Below the pieces are notes generated by a model. That model made no database searches, was not told the origin of the DNA, and was given only the letters and a program-made list of their open reading frames with translations. Of a DNA stretch of 64,000 bases, positions 1-13,176 are shown in pieces (position 1 is the first letter of the stretch; the number at the start of each line of letters is the position of its first letter). Origin of the DNA: Felis catus (lineage: Eukaryota); assembly GCF_018350175.1 (NCBI RefSeq), contig NC_058368.1:204478001-204542000 (forward strand), in the 5' to 3' direction. The position numbers were made by a program, and so were the translations under genes.

Positions 1-240
1 CTGGGTAGCTCGGTTGGTTAAGCATCTTCAGGTCATGACCTCATGGGTTCGTGAGATCCAGTCCCAAGCCCTGTGTCCCCTGTCCCCTGTGTCGGGCTTG
101 CATTGCCAGCAAGGAGGCTGCCAGGGATTCTCTCCCTCCCCTTTCTCTGCCTCTCCCTCCCCCACTTGCATGTGTGCACCCGCATGGGCCCTCTCTCCAA
201 ATAAGTAAATTAATTAAAAAACAAACAAACAAACAAAAAC
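1..240 (+). mobile_element. CAN-SINE, 5' end cut by window edge
   Basis: tRNA-like head (gctcggttggttaagcat...caggtcatgacc), CT-rich body, A-rich tail. Confidence 0.85.
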
Positions 241-250
241 AAGCATTTAC

Positions 251-352
251 CTTCAATCTCCACCAAAGGTTCCTGAGTAAACTCCTGAAAGAATTTGTAG
301 AAGAACTTACTGCAAGCAGCCAAAACAGCTTTGTGGGCCTTAAAATGGTGTC
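251..352 (-). CDS. ZNF131: ZNF131 (ZBTB35) second coding exon, BTB/POZ domain
   Basis: Minus strand reads (G)HHFKAHKAVLAACSKFFYKFFQEFTQEPLVEIE(G). 102 bp, AG acceptor at 354-353 after a poly-T tract, GT donor at 250-249. Phase joins the exon at 1379-1502. The gene continues off the left edge. Confidence 0.96.
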
Positions 353-1378
353 CTAGATTAAAAAAAAAAAAAAAAAAGAGTATCATATGTATTCAAAAAT
401 CAAAAGTAAAACCATAAAACAAAGTAGTAAATTATATAAAGATCTTTCTTCATAATACAATCATAAGACTATATAAATTACGAAACTAAAGTCAGAACAT
501 TCTAAGCAGCTATCTTGATAAATTTCAATTTCAATTAGACATGAACCCAAATCTTTACCTCAAAGACCTCATAAAGTCAATTTATAAAAGCCAGTTTATA
601 AAACTAAAAGAGATAAGAGAAGCTTCTTACTACTTAAAGAGTGAAAGGCATATCGGATTCAGTTTAAACTGCTAAATATAAACACAACCCAAAAAGTTAT
701 ACATCACTTGGAAAGAGAAAAAAAAAAAAAAAACAACAGAATAAACATAATGCTGGATGTATCTGCTATGGAAAACATGTTAATATGCCTAATATTTGGA
801 AGCAGCAGATCTACAATAAGCAGATCTATAATAAATAGCTTGCCTTGAGGAGTCTATTTTCACTAAACAGAAAAGATACCCAAGCTACGTTTGTCTCCAT
901 TGTAATGACAACTCCTAACACTGGTAAAGACCCCATTCGATTTGTACCCAAAGAGGGTAGAAATGCTGCAAAGGTATGTCTCACGTTCTCCCTCCAAGAC
1001 CATTTGGGAAGATAGAAACAATCAACACTTCTCAAATGATTGTTGTGAAAGGCTCCTCAAAGAAGTTTATGAGCAGAAAGCTATTAACCAAACATTTAGA
1101 GACATCCTATCTCCACGCCATCATCTTACACTAATGTGTGCAATAGGGAAACTTCAAGAGGCCGCAACAAGTTAAGATGTGATGATTATGTTGAAAGCAT
1201 GACTAGCCAACTAGCCTTCTGCAACACGGTCTATGTGAGTGGCCACTGACAAGTCCCCCCTCGTCCCAGCGCACACTCAATAGGCACAGTCCACAGAGGG
1301 TTGGGTATAAAAGGCTGGCGGGGGAAGGGGAGAGAACGGTAGCCACAAATTCACTGCTCTGCCCACCACCCTACCCAC

Positions 1379-1502
1379 CATCGACAATCAGGGTGATGTC
1401 AGTAAACCGATCTTGCTCTCGCTGTTCATTCAATCGGTCCAGGATCATTTTATGATGTTCCGGGAACTCCTGAAGGCATTCCATCGTCTCTTCGGCCTCC
1501 AT
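1379..1502 (-). CDS. ZNF131: ZNF131 first coding exon (whole exon 1379-1517 including 15 nt of 5'UTR)
   Basis: ATG at 1502-1500 in gccATGG context. Encodes MEAEETMECLQEFPEHHKMILDRLNEQREQDRFTDITLIVD, which matches the ZNF131 N-terminus. Acceptor TAG at 1520-1518, donor GT at 1378-1377. Confidence 0.96.
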
Positions 1503-2800
1503 GGCCGTCGGGCTGCTCTACAAAAGAGGAGCATGATAATGTACACCCATGAGCTCGGGCCGAGGCACAAAACCCCTAAAGCATAAAACAACAAAACCCA
1601 AAACCCCAGCTACGTGAAAAGAAGGGGGGGGGGGGGGAAGGGTGAGGCAAGAGGAGAGGAAGGCGAGGGAAGAAAGAAAGGCGAGCCGGGTGGCCGCCGC
1701 GCGTTGGGGGCCGGAGCCACGGCCGCGGGACTCCGAGCCTGACCTAATTGGAGTCGGGAGACGCGAGCTGAAGCGGGGTGGGCAGAGCGCCGGAGGCTCC
1801 GGGCGCCGGGGCGCGCAAGTCCGGCAGGGGAAGGGACCCGACAGCCGTGGCGGCGCCCTAACGGCCCGCCAAGCCCCTCTGCCCGGCCCTGGCTCCTGCG
1901 GCCCCGGACCCGGTCCGGCCCGCGGCCCACAACGACTCCCGGGTCGCCTCTCCCTCCCCCGCCCTCCCTCTTCTCCCCCGCCCCGACCGGGCCGGCACTC
2001 ACTCAGCGAAGGAGGAGCGGCCCGGGCCTGCGCGTCACTTACGTCGACGTACTGCGTCACCGCGCTGGGCTCCGGCTGACGCGGACGCCGACCAAGCGCC
2101 GACCACGGAGCGAAGAGGCCACACCTCCACCGCCCCGCTAGTGGCGGATTTGGCGCTCCGGGAGGGTGAGGCGGCCAACGCTGGGAGGAGGAAGTCGGGC
2201 TGTGCTAGGGTAAAGCCAGTTGTGGGCCAGGCTGTACCCGGGGCAGGGATCCTAAATCCTAAATCCTAAACCCCGCCCTTCCACCCACCTTCGCAGGACT
2301 CCAGGTGTGAGCGCTTCCGACCCGGACCTCGGAATAAACTCACAACTCGTCCCCGGTGCGCTTTTATTCCGCGGCTCCTCCCGCCCCGCCCCCTTCCCTC
2401 CCAAGCCTTGGGTGGGCCCGCCTTACCTAGCTCTTGATCCTCCCTCTCTCCTCTCTGGCCCTCGGATCTTCCCCGGTCTCACCTCTCTGGGCGAAACTCA
2501 ACCCACACTGTTCCCTACCCCTAAATAGCGCCTCGCCCTCCATTTCCTCACGATTGCCCGGGCACTGCCTCTGCTGGGTCCGACCGGCACACGTGCGCTC
2601 GCTCCGAGACCCGGGCGGCCGCGGCGCGGGCGGCGGCCACGGGCGCGAGCACGTTCCGGCCGCCTGGGACCTTCCTCCCCGGTGCCCGCCCTCTCCGCGC
2701 TCTGCAGGCGGCACGTGCTTGCTAGGCTTGGGACCTGGATCTGCTCGGATTATTTACACTTGATGCTATTACTACAGCTCTCCACTCCCAACCCCTGCGC
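1500..2800 (-). promoter_or_regulatory. ZNF131: ZNF131 CpG-island promoter with non-coding first exon(s)
   Basis: Very GC/CpG-rich. Half-CRE motifs (CGTCA/TGACG) at about 2033, 2056 and 2077, GC boxes, E-boxes CACGTG near 2590 and 2712. Minus-strand donors GTGAGT (2002-1997) and GTAAGT (2042-2037). Confidence 0.85.
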
Positions 2801-2984
2801 TTAAAGAGACCAGTGACCTACAGTCAGCCTCTCTTCCCTGGGTCATTCATTCATTCATCCGAAAAAAATGCTTTTGGAGGGTAACAGTCGAGATTTACTT
2901 TTTTCTCTCAGAAGAAAATAGAGTGAGGATTAGGGAAAGACTCAAAATACCTGGCTGTATGCAAGGGTGAGTGTAATCATTGTT

Positions 2985-3910
2985 TCAACAGACATTTATT
3001 GAGAGCCAGCGCTGTGCTAGGCACTGTTTAAGGGACTGAGAAATTAAGTGGTGAATAAGGCGTATGTAGTTTGTTCCTTTCTGATCTTAGTCTGATGGAG
3101 TAGATAGATCTTTTGTACAGTTAATTGCCTGGATGCAGATTTCTGAGTGTTATATGAGATGTGAAGAACAAGGTAATCTGGGGCGGGGAGTAGGGCTCCT
3201 TGAGGAAAACTAGTGACCTGTAAGAAGCAATATGAAGTCTGAGTGTTTTTACGCAAGGGCACACAGCGCATTCAGAGACAGCGAGATTATAGCATTCGAA
3301 GAACTAAAAAAGAATGTTGGTGGGGCAGACCCAGCGGGGCCTGGTAAACAGTGTTAAAGATGATAGATTTTCTTATAATCACAAAGGGAAACCTTGAAGG
3401 TTGAGCAGGATAGTGACATACGAAGATTTACTTTTTAAAGAGGTAGTTCCAGCCCCAATATGGAGAACAGTCTAATAGGTGAAGATGGAAGTAGAGACCA
3501 GAGGGAAGCTGTTAGTAATCTGGATTATATCATGGTGGCAAATGGGATTAGAGAATTGGATGGAATCTAGAAATAGAATCAACATTGACTGGAAACATGT
3601 CATGGGTACTAAATAAATAATGTTGGATATATTCATGGTAAGAGAAAAAACACTCAAGGATGGCTCCTAGATTTCTGGCTTGAGTGGATGGATTGTTGGT
3701 ACAATTTACCAAAATAGAGAATATAACTGGAAAAAAATGGGGAGAAAGGATGGGAAGGGGAGAGATGATTTTAAGGAGACAACTAAATACAGATGATGTC
3801 AACAAGGCATTTTAAAATGGACCTGTATAGAATTTAGGGGAGAGAGCTGGCCATAGGGATTTGGAAATTTTTAGCATAAAGTGGATATTAAAGCCATGGA
3901 AACAGATGAG
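2985..3910 (-). mobile_element. LINE-2 fragment
   Basis: Begins with the reverse complement of the L2 3' end (ttcaacagacatttattgag...gtgctaggcactg), followed by purine-rich degenerate L2 body. Confidence 0.7.
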
Positions 3911-4446
3911 ATTTTTTTCATCTATCCTAATGCAAATTTTGTTTATTTATTTATTCATTCATTCTTTAGTTCCAATATAGTTAACACACAGTGTATTAGT
4001 TTCAGGTGTGCAACATAGTAATTCAATAATTCCATACATCCCCCAGTGCTCATCAGACAAGTGCATTTCTTAATACGCGTCCCCTATTTCACCTGATTCT
4101 CCACCCACCTACCCCTGGTAACCATCAGTTTGTTCTGTATAGTTATAGTTAAGAGTCTGTTCTTTGGTTTGTCTCTTTTCCTTTGCTCATTTGTTTTGTT
4201 TCTTAAATTCTACATGAGGGAAATCATCTGGTGTTTGTCTTTCTCTCACTTATTTCACTTAGCATTATACTCTGTAGCTCTATCCATGTCATTGGAAATG
4301 GCAAGATTTCATTCTTTTTAGGGTTGAATAATATTCCAGTGTGTGTCACTTCTTTATCCTTTCATCTATCAATGGATACTTGAGCCACTTTCATAATTTG
4401 GCAATTGTAAATAATGCTGCTATAAACTTAGAGGTGTATGTATCTC

Positions 4447-4640
4447 TTTTTTAAAAAATGTTTCTTTATTTTGGGGAGAATGAGTACACAAGTGGGGGAG
4501 GGACGGGGGGGGGGGCGGAACGGAGGATCAGAAGCAGGCTCTGCACTGACAGCAAAGAGCCCAATGTGGGGCTTCAACTCAAGAACCCATGAAATTATAA
4601 CTTGAGCTGAAGTCACTCAGCTGACTGAGCCATGCAGTTG
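4447..4640 (-). mobile_element. CAN-SINE inside L1
   Basis: Reverse SINEC body with T-rich tail. Confidence 0.85.
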
Positions 4641-5754
4641 TCCTGCATGTATCCCTTTGAATTAGTGTTTTTGTATTCTGTGGGTACTCACTAGTGCAAT
4701 TACTGGATTGCAGGGTAGTTCTATTTTTAATTTTTTGAGGAATCTCCATATCATTTTCTATAGTGGCTGTACCAGTTTGCACTCCTACCAACAGTGCAGG
4801 AGGGTTCCTTTTTCTCCACATCCTCACCAATATTTGTTGTTTCTTGTGTTTTTGATTTTAGCCATCCTGACAGGTGTGAGGTGATAACTCATTGTAGTTT
4901 TACTTTGCACTTCCCTGATGATGGGTGATGTTGAGCATATTTTCATGTGTCCGTTGGCCATCTATGTGTCTTCTTTGAAGAAATGTCTCTTCATGTCTTC
5001 TGCCCATTTTTAAATTGGATTATTTGGGGTTTTTTGGTGTTGAGTTATGTAAGTTCTTTATATATTTTGGATACTTACCCTTTATTGGATATGTCATTTG
5101 CAAATATCTTCTTCCATTCAGTAAGTTGCCTTTTAGTTTTGTTGATGTTTCCTTCACTGTGCAGAAGTTTTTATTTTGATGTAGTTCCAATAGTTTATTT
5201 TTACGTTTATTTCCCTTGTTTCAAGAGACATATCTAGAAAAATGTTGCTATGGCCAATGTCAGAGACAGTACTGCCTGTGCTCTCTGTAGGATTTTTATG
5301 GTTTCAGGACTCCCATTTAGGTCTTTAATCCATTTTGAGTTTATTTTTGTTTATGATGTGTGAAAGTGGTCCTGTGTTATTCTTTTGCATTTATCTGACC
5401 AGTTTTCCCAAAACCATTTGTTGAAGAGACTGTCCTCTTCCCATTGGGTACTCTGCCCTGCTTTGTCAAAGGTTAATTGACCATATAATTGGGTTTCCTT
5501 TTCTGTTCCATTGGTCTATATGTCTATTTTTGTGCCAGTACAATACTGTTTTGATTACTACAGCTTTGTAATATAACTTGAAGTCCAGAATCATGAAATC
5601 TCCAACTTTCTTTTTCAAAATTATTTTGAATATTGGGGTCTTTTGTGGGTCCATATAAATTTTAGGATTGTTTGTTATCTTTCTGTGAAAAATGCTGTTG
5701 GTATTTTGATAGAGATTACATTAAATCTGTAGACTGCTTTGGGTAGTATAGACT

Positions 5755-5951
5755 TTTTTTTTAAGTTGTCATTTATTTATTTGAGAGAGAGGTGTGTGTG
5801 TGAGGTGGGGAGGGGCAGAAAGAGAATTCCAAGCTGGCTGCGCACTGCCAGCACAGAGCCTGATGCAGGGCTTGAACTCACAAAGCATGAGATCATGCCC
5901 TGAGCCGAAACCAAGAGCTGGACACAACCGACTGAGCCACCCAGGTGCCCT
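5755..5951 (-). mobile_element. CAN-SINE inside L1
   Basis: Reverse SINEC; flanking repeat tgggtagtata. Confidence 0.88.
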
Positions 5952-8900
5952 GGGTAGTATAAACATTTTAACAATACTTGTTCTTCCAATCCATGAGCGT
6001 GGAATGTCTTTCCATTTCTTTGTGTTATCTTCAATATCTTTTATCAATATTTTGTAGTTTTTGAAGTATAAGTCTTTCACCTCTTTCGTAAGTTTATTTC
6101 TAGGTATGTTATTATTTTTGGTGCAGTTGTAAATGGGATTGTTTTCTTAATCCCTCTTTCTGCTGCTTCATTATTGGTGTATAGAAATTCAACAGATTTC
6201 TGTCCAGTGATTTTGTATCCTGAAACTTTACTGAATGCATTTATCAGTTCTAGTAGTTTTTTGGTGGAGTCTTTTGGGTTTTCTATATATAGAGTATCAT
6301 GTCATCTGCAAATAGTAGCAGTTTTACTTCTTCCTTACCAATTTGAATGTGTACTGTTTTTCTTGTCTGATTGCTGTGGCTAGGATTTCCAGTACTATGC
6401 TGAATAAAAGTGGTGACAGTGGGCATCCTTGTCTTCTTCCTAACTGTAAGGGAAGAGCTCTCAGTTTTTCCCCACTGAGTATGATGTTTGTTGTGGGTTT
6501 TTCACAGATGGCCTTTATTATGTTGAGGTATGTTCTCTCTAAACTTACTTATTAAAGGCATTTATCATGAATGGATGTTGTACTTTGTCAAATGCTTTTT
6601 CTGTGTCTATTGAAATGATCATGTGGTTTTTACCCTTTTTTCTTATTGAGATGATGTATTATGTTGATTGATTTGAGAATATTAAACTACCCTGGCAATC
6701 TGGGAATAAATCCCACTTGATCATGGTGAATGATTTTTTTTTTAATGTATTGTTGGATTCAGTTTGCTAGTATTTTGTTGAGGATTTTTGCATCTATGTT
6801 CATCAGAGATATTGGCCTGTAGTTATTTTTTCCTGTGGTATCTTTATCTGGTTTGGGTGTCAGGATGATACTGACCTCATAGAATGAATTTAGAAGTTTT
6901 CCTTCTATTTTTTGAAATAGTTTGAGAATAGGTATTAACTCTTCTTTAAATGTGTTTGGTAGAATTTGCCTGTGAAGCCATCTGGTCCTGGACTTTTGTT
7001 TGTTGGGAGTTTTTTGATTACTGGTTCAATATTCTTACTGGTAATCAGTCTGTTCAGACTTTCTATTTGTTCCTACTTCACTTTCAGTAGGTTATATATT
7101 TCTAGGAATTTATCCATTTCTTCTAGGTTGTCTAGTTTGTTGCCATATAGGTTTTCATACTATTTTCTTACAATTGTTTGTATTCCTGTGGTGTTGGTTG
7201 TTACTTCTCCTCCCTCATTTGTGATTTTGTTTGAATCCTTTCTCTCTCTCTCTCTCTCTCTCTCTGTCTGTCTGAATCTGGCTAGAGGTTTATCAGTTTT
7301 GCTGATGTTTTGAAAGAAACAGCTGCTGGTTTCATCAATCTGTTCTATGGTTTTTTTAGTTTCTATATCATTTATTTCTGTTCTAATCTTTATTATTTCC
7401 TTTCTTCTGCTGGTTTTGGGTTTTTTTGTTCTTTTTCTAGCTCCTTTAGGTGTAAAGTTAAGGTGTTTATTTGAGATTTTTCTTGCTTCTTCAGGTAGGC
7501 CTATATTGCTATGAACTTCCCTCTCAGAACCACCTTTGCTGCATCCCAGAGATTTTGGACCATTTCATGTGTTTTCATTTTCATTTATTTGTATGTACTT
7601 TTTGATTTCTTCTTTGATATATTGGTTGACCCATTCATTATTTAGTAGCATGTTACTTAATCTCCATGTATTTGTGGTCTTTCCAGACTTTTTCTTGTGG
7701 TTAATTTCTAGTTTCATACCATTGTGGTCAGAAAAAATGCAGGTATGACTTTGATCTTTTTGAATCTGTTGTGGCTTGTTTTGTGGCCTAATATGTGATC
7801 TGTTCTGGAGAATGTTCCATGTGCACTTGAAAAGAATGTGTATTCTGCTGTTTTAGGATCAAACATTCTGAATATATCTGTTAAATCCATTTGAGTGTGC
7901 CATTCAAAGCCCCAGTTTCTTTGATGGTCTTCTGTTTGGATGATCTATGCATCAATGTAAGTGGGGTGTTAAAGTCCCCTACTATTATTGTATTACTATC
8001 AATTAGTCTCATTATGTTTGTTATTAACTGTTTTATGTTGGGTGCTCCCATGTTGGGTGAATAAATTTTTACAATTGTTATATCTTCTTGTTGGATTGTC
8101 ACCTTTATTATTATATAGTCCTTCTTTGTCTCTTCTTGCAATTTTTGTCTTAAAATCTATTTTGTCTGACATAAGTATTGCTACTCAGGCTTTCTTTGAC
8201 ATCCATTTGCATTATAAATATTTTTCCATAGCCTCACTTTCAATCTGCAGGTGTCTTTAGGTGTGAAATGTGTCTCTCGTAGGCAGCATATAGATAGGTC
8301 TTGTTTTTTTTTTTTTTTTATCCTATGTCTTTTGATTGGAACATTTAGTCTATTTACATTCAAAGTAATTATTGATAGATATGTATTTATTGCTATTTTG
8401 TTACTTGTTATGTGGTTGTTTTGTAGTTTTTCTCTGATCCTTTTGGTTTGCTCTTTTTCTTTAGTGATGTACTTTGATTCCTTTCTCTTTATTCTTTGCA
8501 TATCTGTTAGTGGTTTTTGATTTGTGGTTACCATTAGGTTTGTATATAACCTCTTCTGCATATAGCAGTCTATATTAAGTTGATGGTCGCTTAAGTTTGA
8601 ACACATTCTTTACTACTCTTTCCCCAATATTTTATGTATTTGTATTTCATATTTTACATCCTTTTATTTTGTGAACCCTTTGAGTTTTTACAGAAATACT
8701 TATTTTTACTGCTTTTGTGTTTCCTTTTTTTAATACTCTCTTTTCTTACTGTAAAGTATGGCCTTTAGTTTCCACCACAGAGTCTTTAATATTTCTTGTA
8801 GGGATAGTTTAGTGGTCATGAACTCCTTTAGTTTTTGTTTGTCTGAAAAACTCTTTATCTCTCCTATTCTGAATAATAGCCTTGCTGGAAAGTGTATTCT

Positions 8901-9239
8901 TGGCTGTTGTTTAAAATTATCATCATTATTCACATGGTGTTTTTTCAAGGCGAAGAAACTGCACACAGAAATAGGCTTTTGAAAATTCTAGTCTATAGGA
9001 CTACTTTCCTATACAACAATTGGGTTAGGATAAATAGAAACTCTCTCTATTTGGGATTCAAACTATCTAGTTCACAGTCTTCATCACTTTCTAAGGTCTT
9101 AAATCTAGTTCATATCATTCATTTTTACTTGCCTTGTTTTTAGAGCATATGAGTTTGGACTCTTGGTACACACGATCACAATGGAAGAGGGTGTAGAATT
9201 TTATCCCTGCTAAGTATCGATGTTTATGGGTTGAGTACA

Positions 9240-9910
9240 AAAGAAGAACCTCAAAGGACAATATGGCAGCTGAAGAAAGGAGGAAGAACAGGTCAATGTT
9301 TCAAAAGAGAGGTTGTGGTCAGCAGTGCCAGATGCTGCCAAGTGGTCAAGCTAACTAAATAAAGATTAGCAAGGGTTGGTCCATTAGATTTAGTATCATG
9401 ATGCGTTTGGTAGACCTTAGCAAGAACAGTTTTTAGTTAACTTCTCTGGAAGGTGGTAGTGGTGGTGAGAAGCCTGTATCCAAGTAGGTTAAGGAATAAC
9501 TAGAAAAATAAAATGAAAGGATAATGATAGAATTCTCATTAAAAAATGAGGGAGGAAAGAGAGGGGTACATGTGGGTCAAGCTAGTTTTGTGTTTGGGGA
9601 TGGGAGAAACTTAAGCAATTTAAAAGCTGATGGAAAAGGATCCAGTAGAGGAAGATGATGAAAATACATAAGGAAAAGGGGCTAATTGTGTAAGAGAAGA
9701 AGAAACTAGAGAAAGTGATGTTGAGAGGATATGTGAATGAATCAGCCTTAGACAGAAGGAAGGACATGTCTTATCATTGAAAAGATTAATAGAGTGAATG
9801 CTCTTAGGAGTGTAGATTTGCTTTCAAGAGGTTGAGATTCCTCTATAACTGAAAACATTTACTTTTTCCATGAAATAGGTGTTTCTACTAGGCTGAAATA
9901 GGCTGTTATC
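9240..9910 (-). mobile_element. LINE-2 fragment, probable continuation of the 2985-3910 element
   Basis: Degenerate L2-like purine-rich sequence (gtggtcagcagtgccagatgctgc, ccattagatttag, ccttagcaagaacagttt). Confidence 0.55.
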
Positions 9911-9932
9911 TACTAAAAGCCAAGATTAGGAG

Positions 9933-9965
<33 letters not shown>

Positions 9966-9982
9966 TGTGTGCGTGTGTGCGC
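9933..9982. repeat. (TG)n microsatellite
   Basis: Direct inspection. Confidence 0.95.
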
Positions 9983-10034
9983 ATACGCACACTAGTGCGC
10001 ACGTGCTGGGGAGAAGAAGTTTGAGATTGGAAGA

Positions 10035-10555
10035 TGTTTTAGTTATTTAAGACTGTGTAACAAATTGCCCCCAAATGTAGTGGCTTAAAACATTATTATT
10101 TCACAATTTCTGTGAGTCAGGAGTGTGGATGTTACTAAGACCCTGGGTTTTCAGGGTCTCTTAACAAGGTTCCAGTCAAGATGTCAGCTGCTGTGACCTC
10201 AAGGGCTGGCTAGGGGAGGATCTGCTTCCAAGGTCACTTGGAACAACAAGTGGTTTTTGACAGAATTCAGTTTCTCCTGGGCTATTAGACTGAAGACTTC
10301 AGTTTTCTTTGCAAGGCCTCCCTCCATGTGGGGCTCACCATAGGGAATGACAGCTAGATTCCATCAAAGAGCAAGAGAAAGTGAGCAAGACAGAAGCCAA
10401 AGTCTTTTTGTAACCTAATCTGAGAAGTGGCATTCCACGACTGTTGCTGTGTCTTTTTTGTTAAAAGCAAGTCACTGTGTGCAGCCCATAGCCAAAGGAA
10501 GGCACATTCTGGGAGATACAATCATTGTAAGCAATCTTTGAACCTGCCTATCACA
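10035..10555 (-). mobile_element. MaLR solo LTR (MLT1 family)
   Basis: TG...CA ends. Diagnostic tgtgtaacaaattgcccccaaatgtagtggcttaaaaca end. Flanks gaaga/gaaca resemble a 5-bp TSD. Confidence 0.8.
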
Positions 10556-12171
10556 GAACAAAATGGAAAAGATTTGAAATGGATCTTGGGCATAGTAATA
10601 TCACAGTAGCATTGATAGGATCAGTAGAAGTTGGTGAGCAGCCCTCAACACTGCAATTTAAGATCTGTTTCTGACCCACTCGTCATTGTTGTTGCTATTG
10701 GTTTTTCTTGAAAGATTTGTGCATAGGGCTTAAGAAAGAACCCTATTTGTGCATAGGGTTCACACAATACTGAAATGACCCATTGATATGTCTGTCCCCG
10801 AGATTGGAATTTTCTTGAGGATTGATAATATGTCTGATCTGTGGTCTCAGAAGTCAACAGGGCATGACCACTTTCACCTTTGGAGGTTCCAGGTATATTA
10901 AAAAAATTAAGAAATCTCAAAACAACTTTCTAAAAACTGTGACCTGTTTAAAATATTTAACAGATTTCTACTTTTTCACAAATCAAAATATAATACAATG
11001 TAGTTATGCTTTTCGAAAGATAAATGACAGGATTTTCAGAAAGAAGGTATTAATTCATAGTGCCAAGCAGGCACGAAAATGTAAAGTTGTAGAATTACCA
11101 TATATCATTCTTGTCACTGCAGCTCTGTGGTTGAGGCCTTTCAGGTAGATGAAGCCTCGCTTCAGAGGGGCCTCCCGCCTCCTCTGGCACCAACTCTCAA
11201 GCCTAGGATAGTGGTTGGTTCATAGCAGACATTTAACAAATGTTTGTTGACATTTTTTCTGAAACCAAATCTTTCAAGAATGATTCAATTCATTTGACTT
11301 CTGAAAGTCAAGGTACCAGAATATGAGTTTTCTATTAGGACTCTTAAAATTCCATTTTACACATGATTTTGAGACTTTGAAGTGCTTTTACTATAGTTCC
11401 AGTGCGTGACTTTCCCTCAGGCTTTCCTAGCATGATTCATAATTCTCCTTTGGAAAAACCTAAGCTAAATTCAAGGATTGTATGTGTAATGAGAAAGGGG
11501 CAGGGGAACAAATAAACACAGAAAATCTCTACCTCAACTTTTGACCCCATGAGCCCATGTTATTATGGATAAATCCAAGGGATGACTGAATCAGGGAACT
11601 CTAGAGCCATCTTATGTGTATGTTAGGGTAGATAAAGACTCTGGAATGTACTAGATACATCCTAGCCATCCCAGGCTCCCCCAGACTAGGAAGACCAACA
11701 CCAAGTCTTTGGGACAGTGGGAATTCCCTGAAACTCAGCTTCTATCCTCTTATTCCATACACTTTTGCCTGGTAAGCTCATTCTTGGTCTTGCTGAATAT
11801 ATAATCCACACCTATATCTCCAGCTTCGACATTAATATTCAGCCCCAGGCTGGTGGCTCTGTTGGGATGCCCCTAGGGTACCTCAAAACCACATCTGATG
11901 TACATTAAGATTCATTACCCTCATTAAACTTATATTCTTGGTTATTGATACCTACATCTACCCATTAGTAGAATAATTCAGAAACCTGAAACTTTCTTTT
12001 TTTCCCTACTTCTCTCCCACACAAACATCTAATTGATATATTACCCAGTCCTGTTTATTTTAAACCTTAATAACTCTCAGGCAACTGATTAACGGTATTT
12101 CTGGAAAGATGTGTGGCCATTTTTATGGAGGAAGTTTGACAGTTTCATATCCTTCCACAAGTTGTATAATA

Positions 12172-12374
12172 TTTTTTAAAATTTTATGTATTTTGAAAGA
12201 GAGAGCACCTGTGAGCACATGGGGGAGGGGGGGAGAGAGAGAGAGAATCCTAAGTAGGCTCTATTGTCAGCACAGAGCCCAATGCAGTGCTCCAATCCAC
12301 GAACCTGTGAGATCGTGACTTGTGTCAAAATCCAGAGTCAGATGCTTAACTGACTGAGCCATCCAGGTGCCCCA
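12172..12374 (-). mobile_element. CAN-SINE
   Basis: Reverse SINEC; flanking repeat ccacaa(g/t)ttgta. Confidence 0.88.
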
Positions 12375-12506
12375 CAATTTGTACAGTGTTATGTAAGTCA
12401 AGGGTACAGTAAAATCCCCAATTTTAAAGTATATAGATGTGAGTATGGGCATGGCAAGAGTGGGCATTAAGAAAATGCAACAATATATCAATACTGGCTG
12501 TCTTTT

Positions 12507-12730
12507 GGGGCGCCTGGGTGGCTCAGTCGGTTAAGCGTCCCACTTCGGCTCAGGTCATGATCTCACGGTCCATGGGTTTGAGCCCTGCGTTGGGCTCTGT
12601 GCTGACAGCTCAGAGCCTGGAGCCTGTTTCAGATTCTGTGTCTCCCTCTTTTTCTGACCCTCCCCTGTTCATGCTCTCTCTCTCTCTCTGTCTCAAAAAT
12701 AAATAAATGTTAAAAAAAAATTGAAAAAAA
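12507..12730 (+). mobile_element. CAN-SINE (SINEC_Fc type)
   Basis: ggggcgcctgggtggctcagtcggttaagcg head, poly-A, TSD aatactggctgtctttt. Confidence 0.95.
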
Positions 12731-12947
12731 AATACTGGCTGTCTTTTGATGGTAGAATAAGAGAATATTTTTCTTTCTACAAGGTTCAGTATTTTCTAAA
12801 TGTTTTACACCAAGTATGTGTTATTCAATGTGAGTCCCATGAAGTCAGATACAATTTTTTTTGTTCACTTACATATTTGAAGTTCTGGAACAGTATCTTA
12901 TATATGGCAGGTGCTTAATAAATATTTGTTTGTTGAATGAATGAATC

Positions 12948-13176
12948 TTTTTTTTTATGTTTCTCAGTCTATGTGTTCATGATTGCTATTGAGAGAGACA
13001 GACAGACAGAATGTGAGCAGGGAGGAGCAGAGAGAAAGGGAGACAGAATCTGAAGCAGACTTCAGGCTCTGAAGTGTCAGCACAGAGCCTGACATGGGGA
13101 TCGAACTCACAGACCGCGAGATCATTACCTGAGCTGAAGTCAGATGCTTTAACTGACTGAACCACCCAGATGCCCC
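12948..13176 (-). mobile_element. CAN-SINE
   Basis: Reverse SINEC inserted in the L2 tail (gaatgaat flanks). Confidence 0.88.

Larger units (their letters stand above)
3938..8906 (-). mobile_element. LINE-1 (carnivore), 5'-truncated: 3'UTR, disrupted ORF2 and end of ORF1
   Basis: Minus-strand ORF fragments match L1 ORF2 ([64 protein letters not shown]) and the ORF1 end (FSDKQKLKEFMTTK). T-rich tail at the left end. Confidence 0.93.
11745..12946 (+). mobile_element. LINE-2 fragments interrupted by SINEs
   Basis: Pyrimidine-rich L2-like body. L2 3' end ggcaggtgcttaataaatatttgtttgttgaatgaatgaat at about 12906-12946. Confidence 0.5.

Noticed and set aside
1518..2763. Several 95-180 aa Pro/Gly/Arg-rich ORFs on both strands
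   Set aside because: They overlap the ZNF131 CpG island and first intron; low complexity and expected in stop-poor GC-rich DNA.
11719..11728. Perfect NF-kB palindrome GGGAATTCCC, and another site at 42645-42654
   Set aside because: Isolated 10-mers are expected by chance in 64 kb, with no supporting context.
12518..12706. Recurrent [20 protein letters not shown] ORFs and tRNA-like heads
   Set aside because: These are translations of CAN-SINEs; no genuine tRNA gene or protein is supported.
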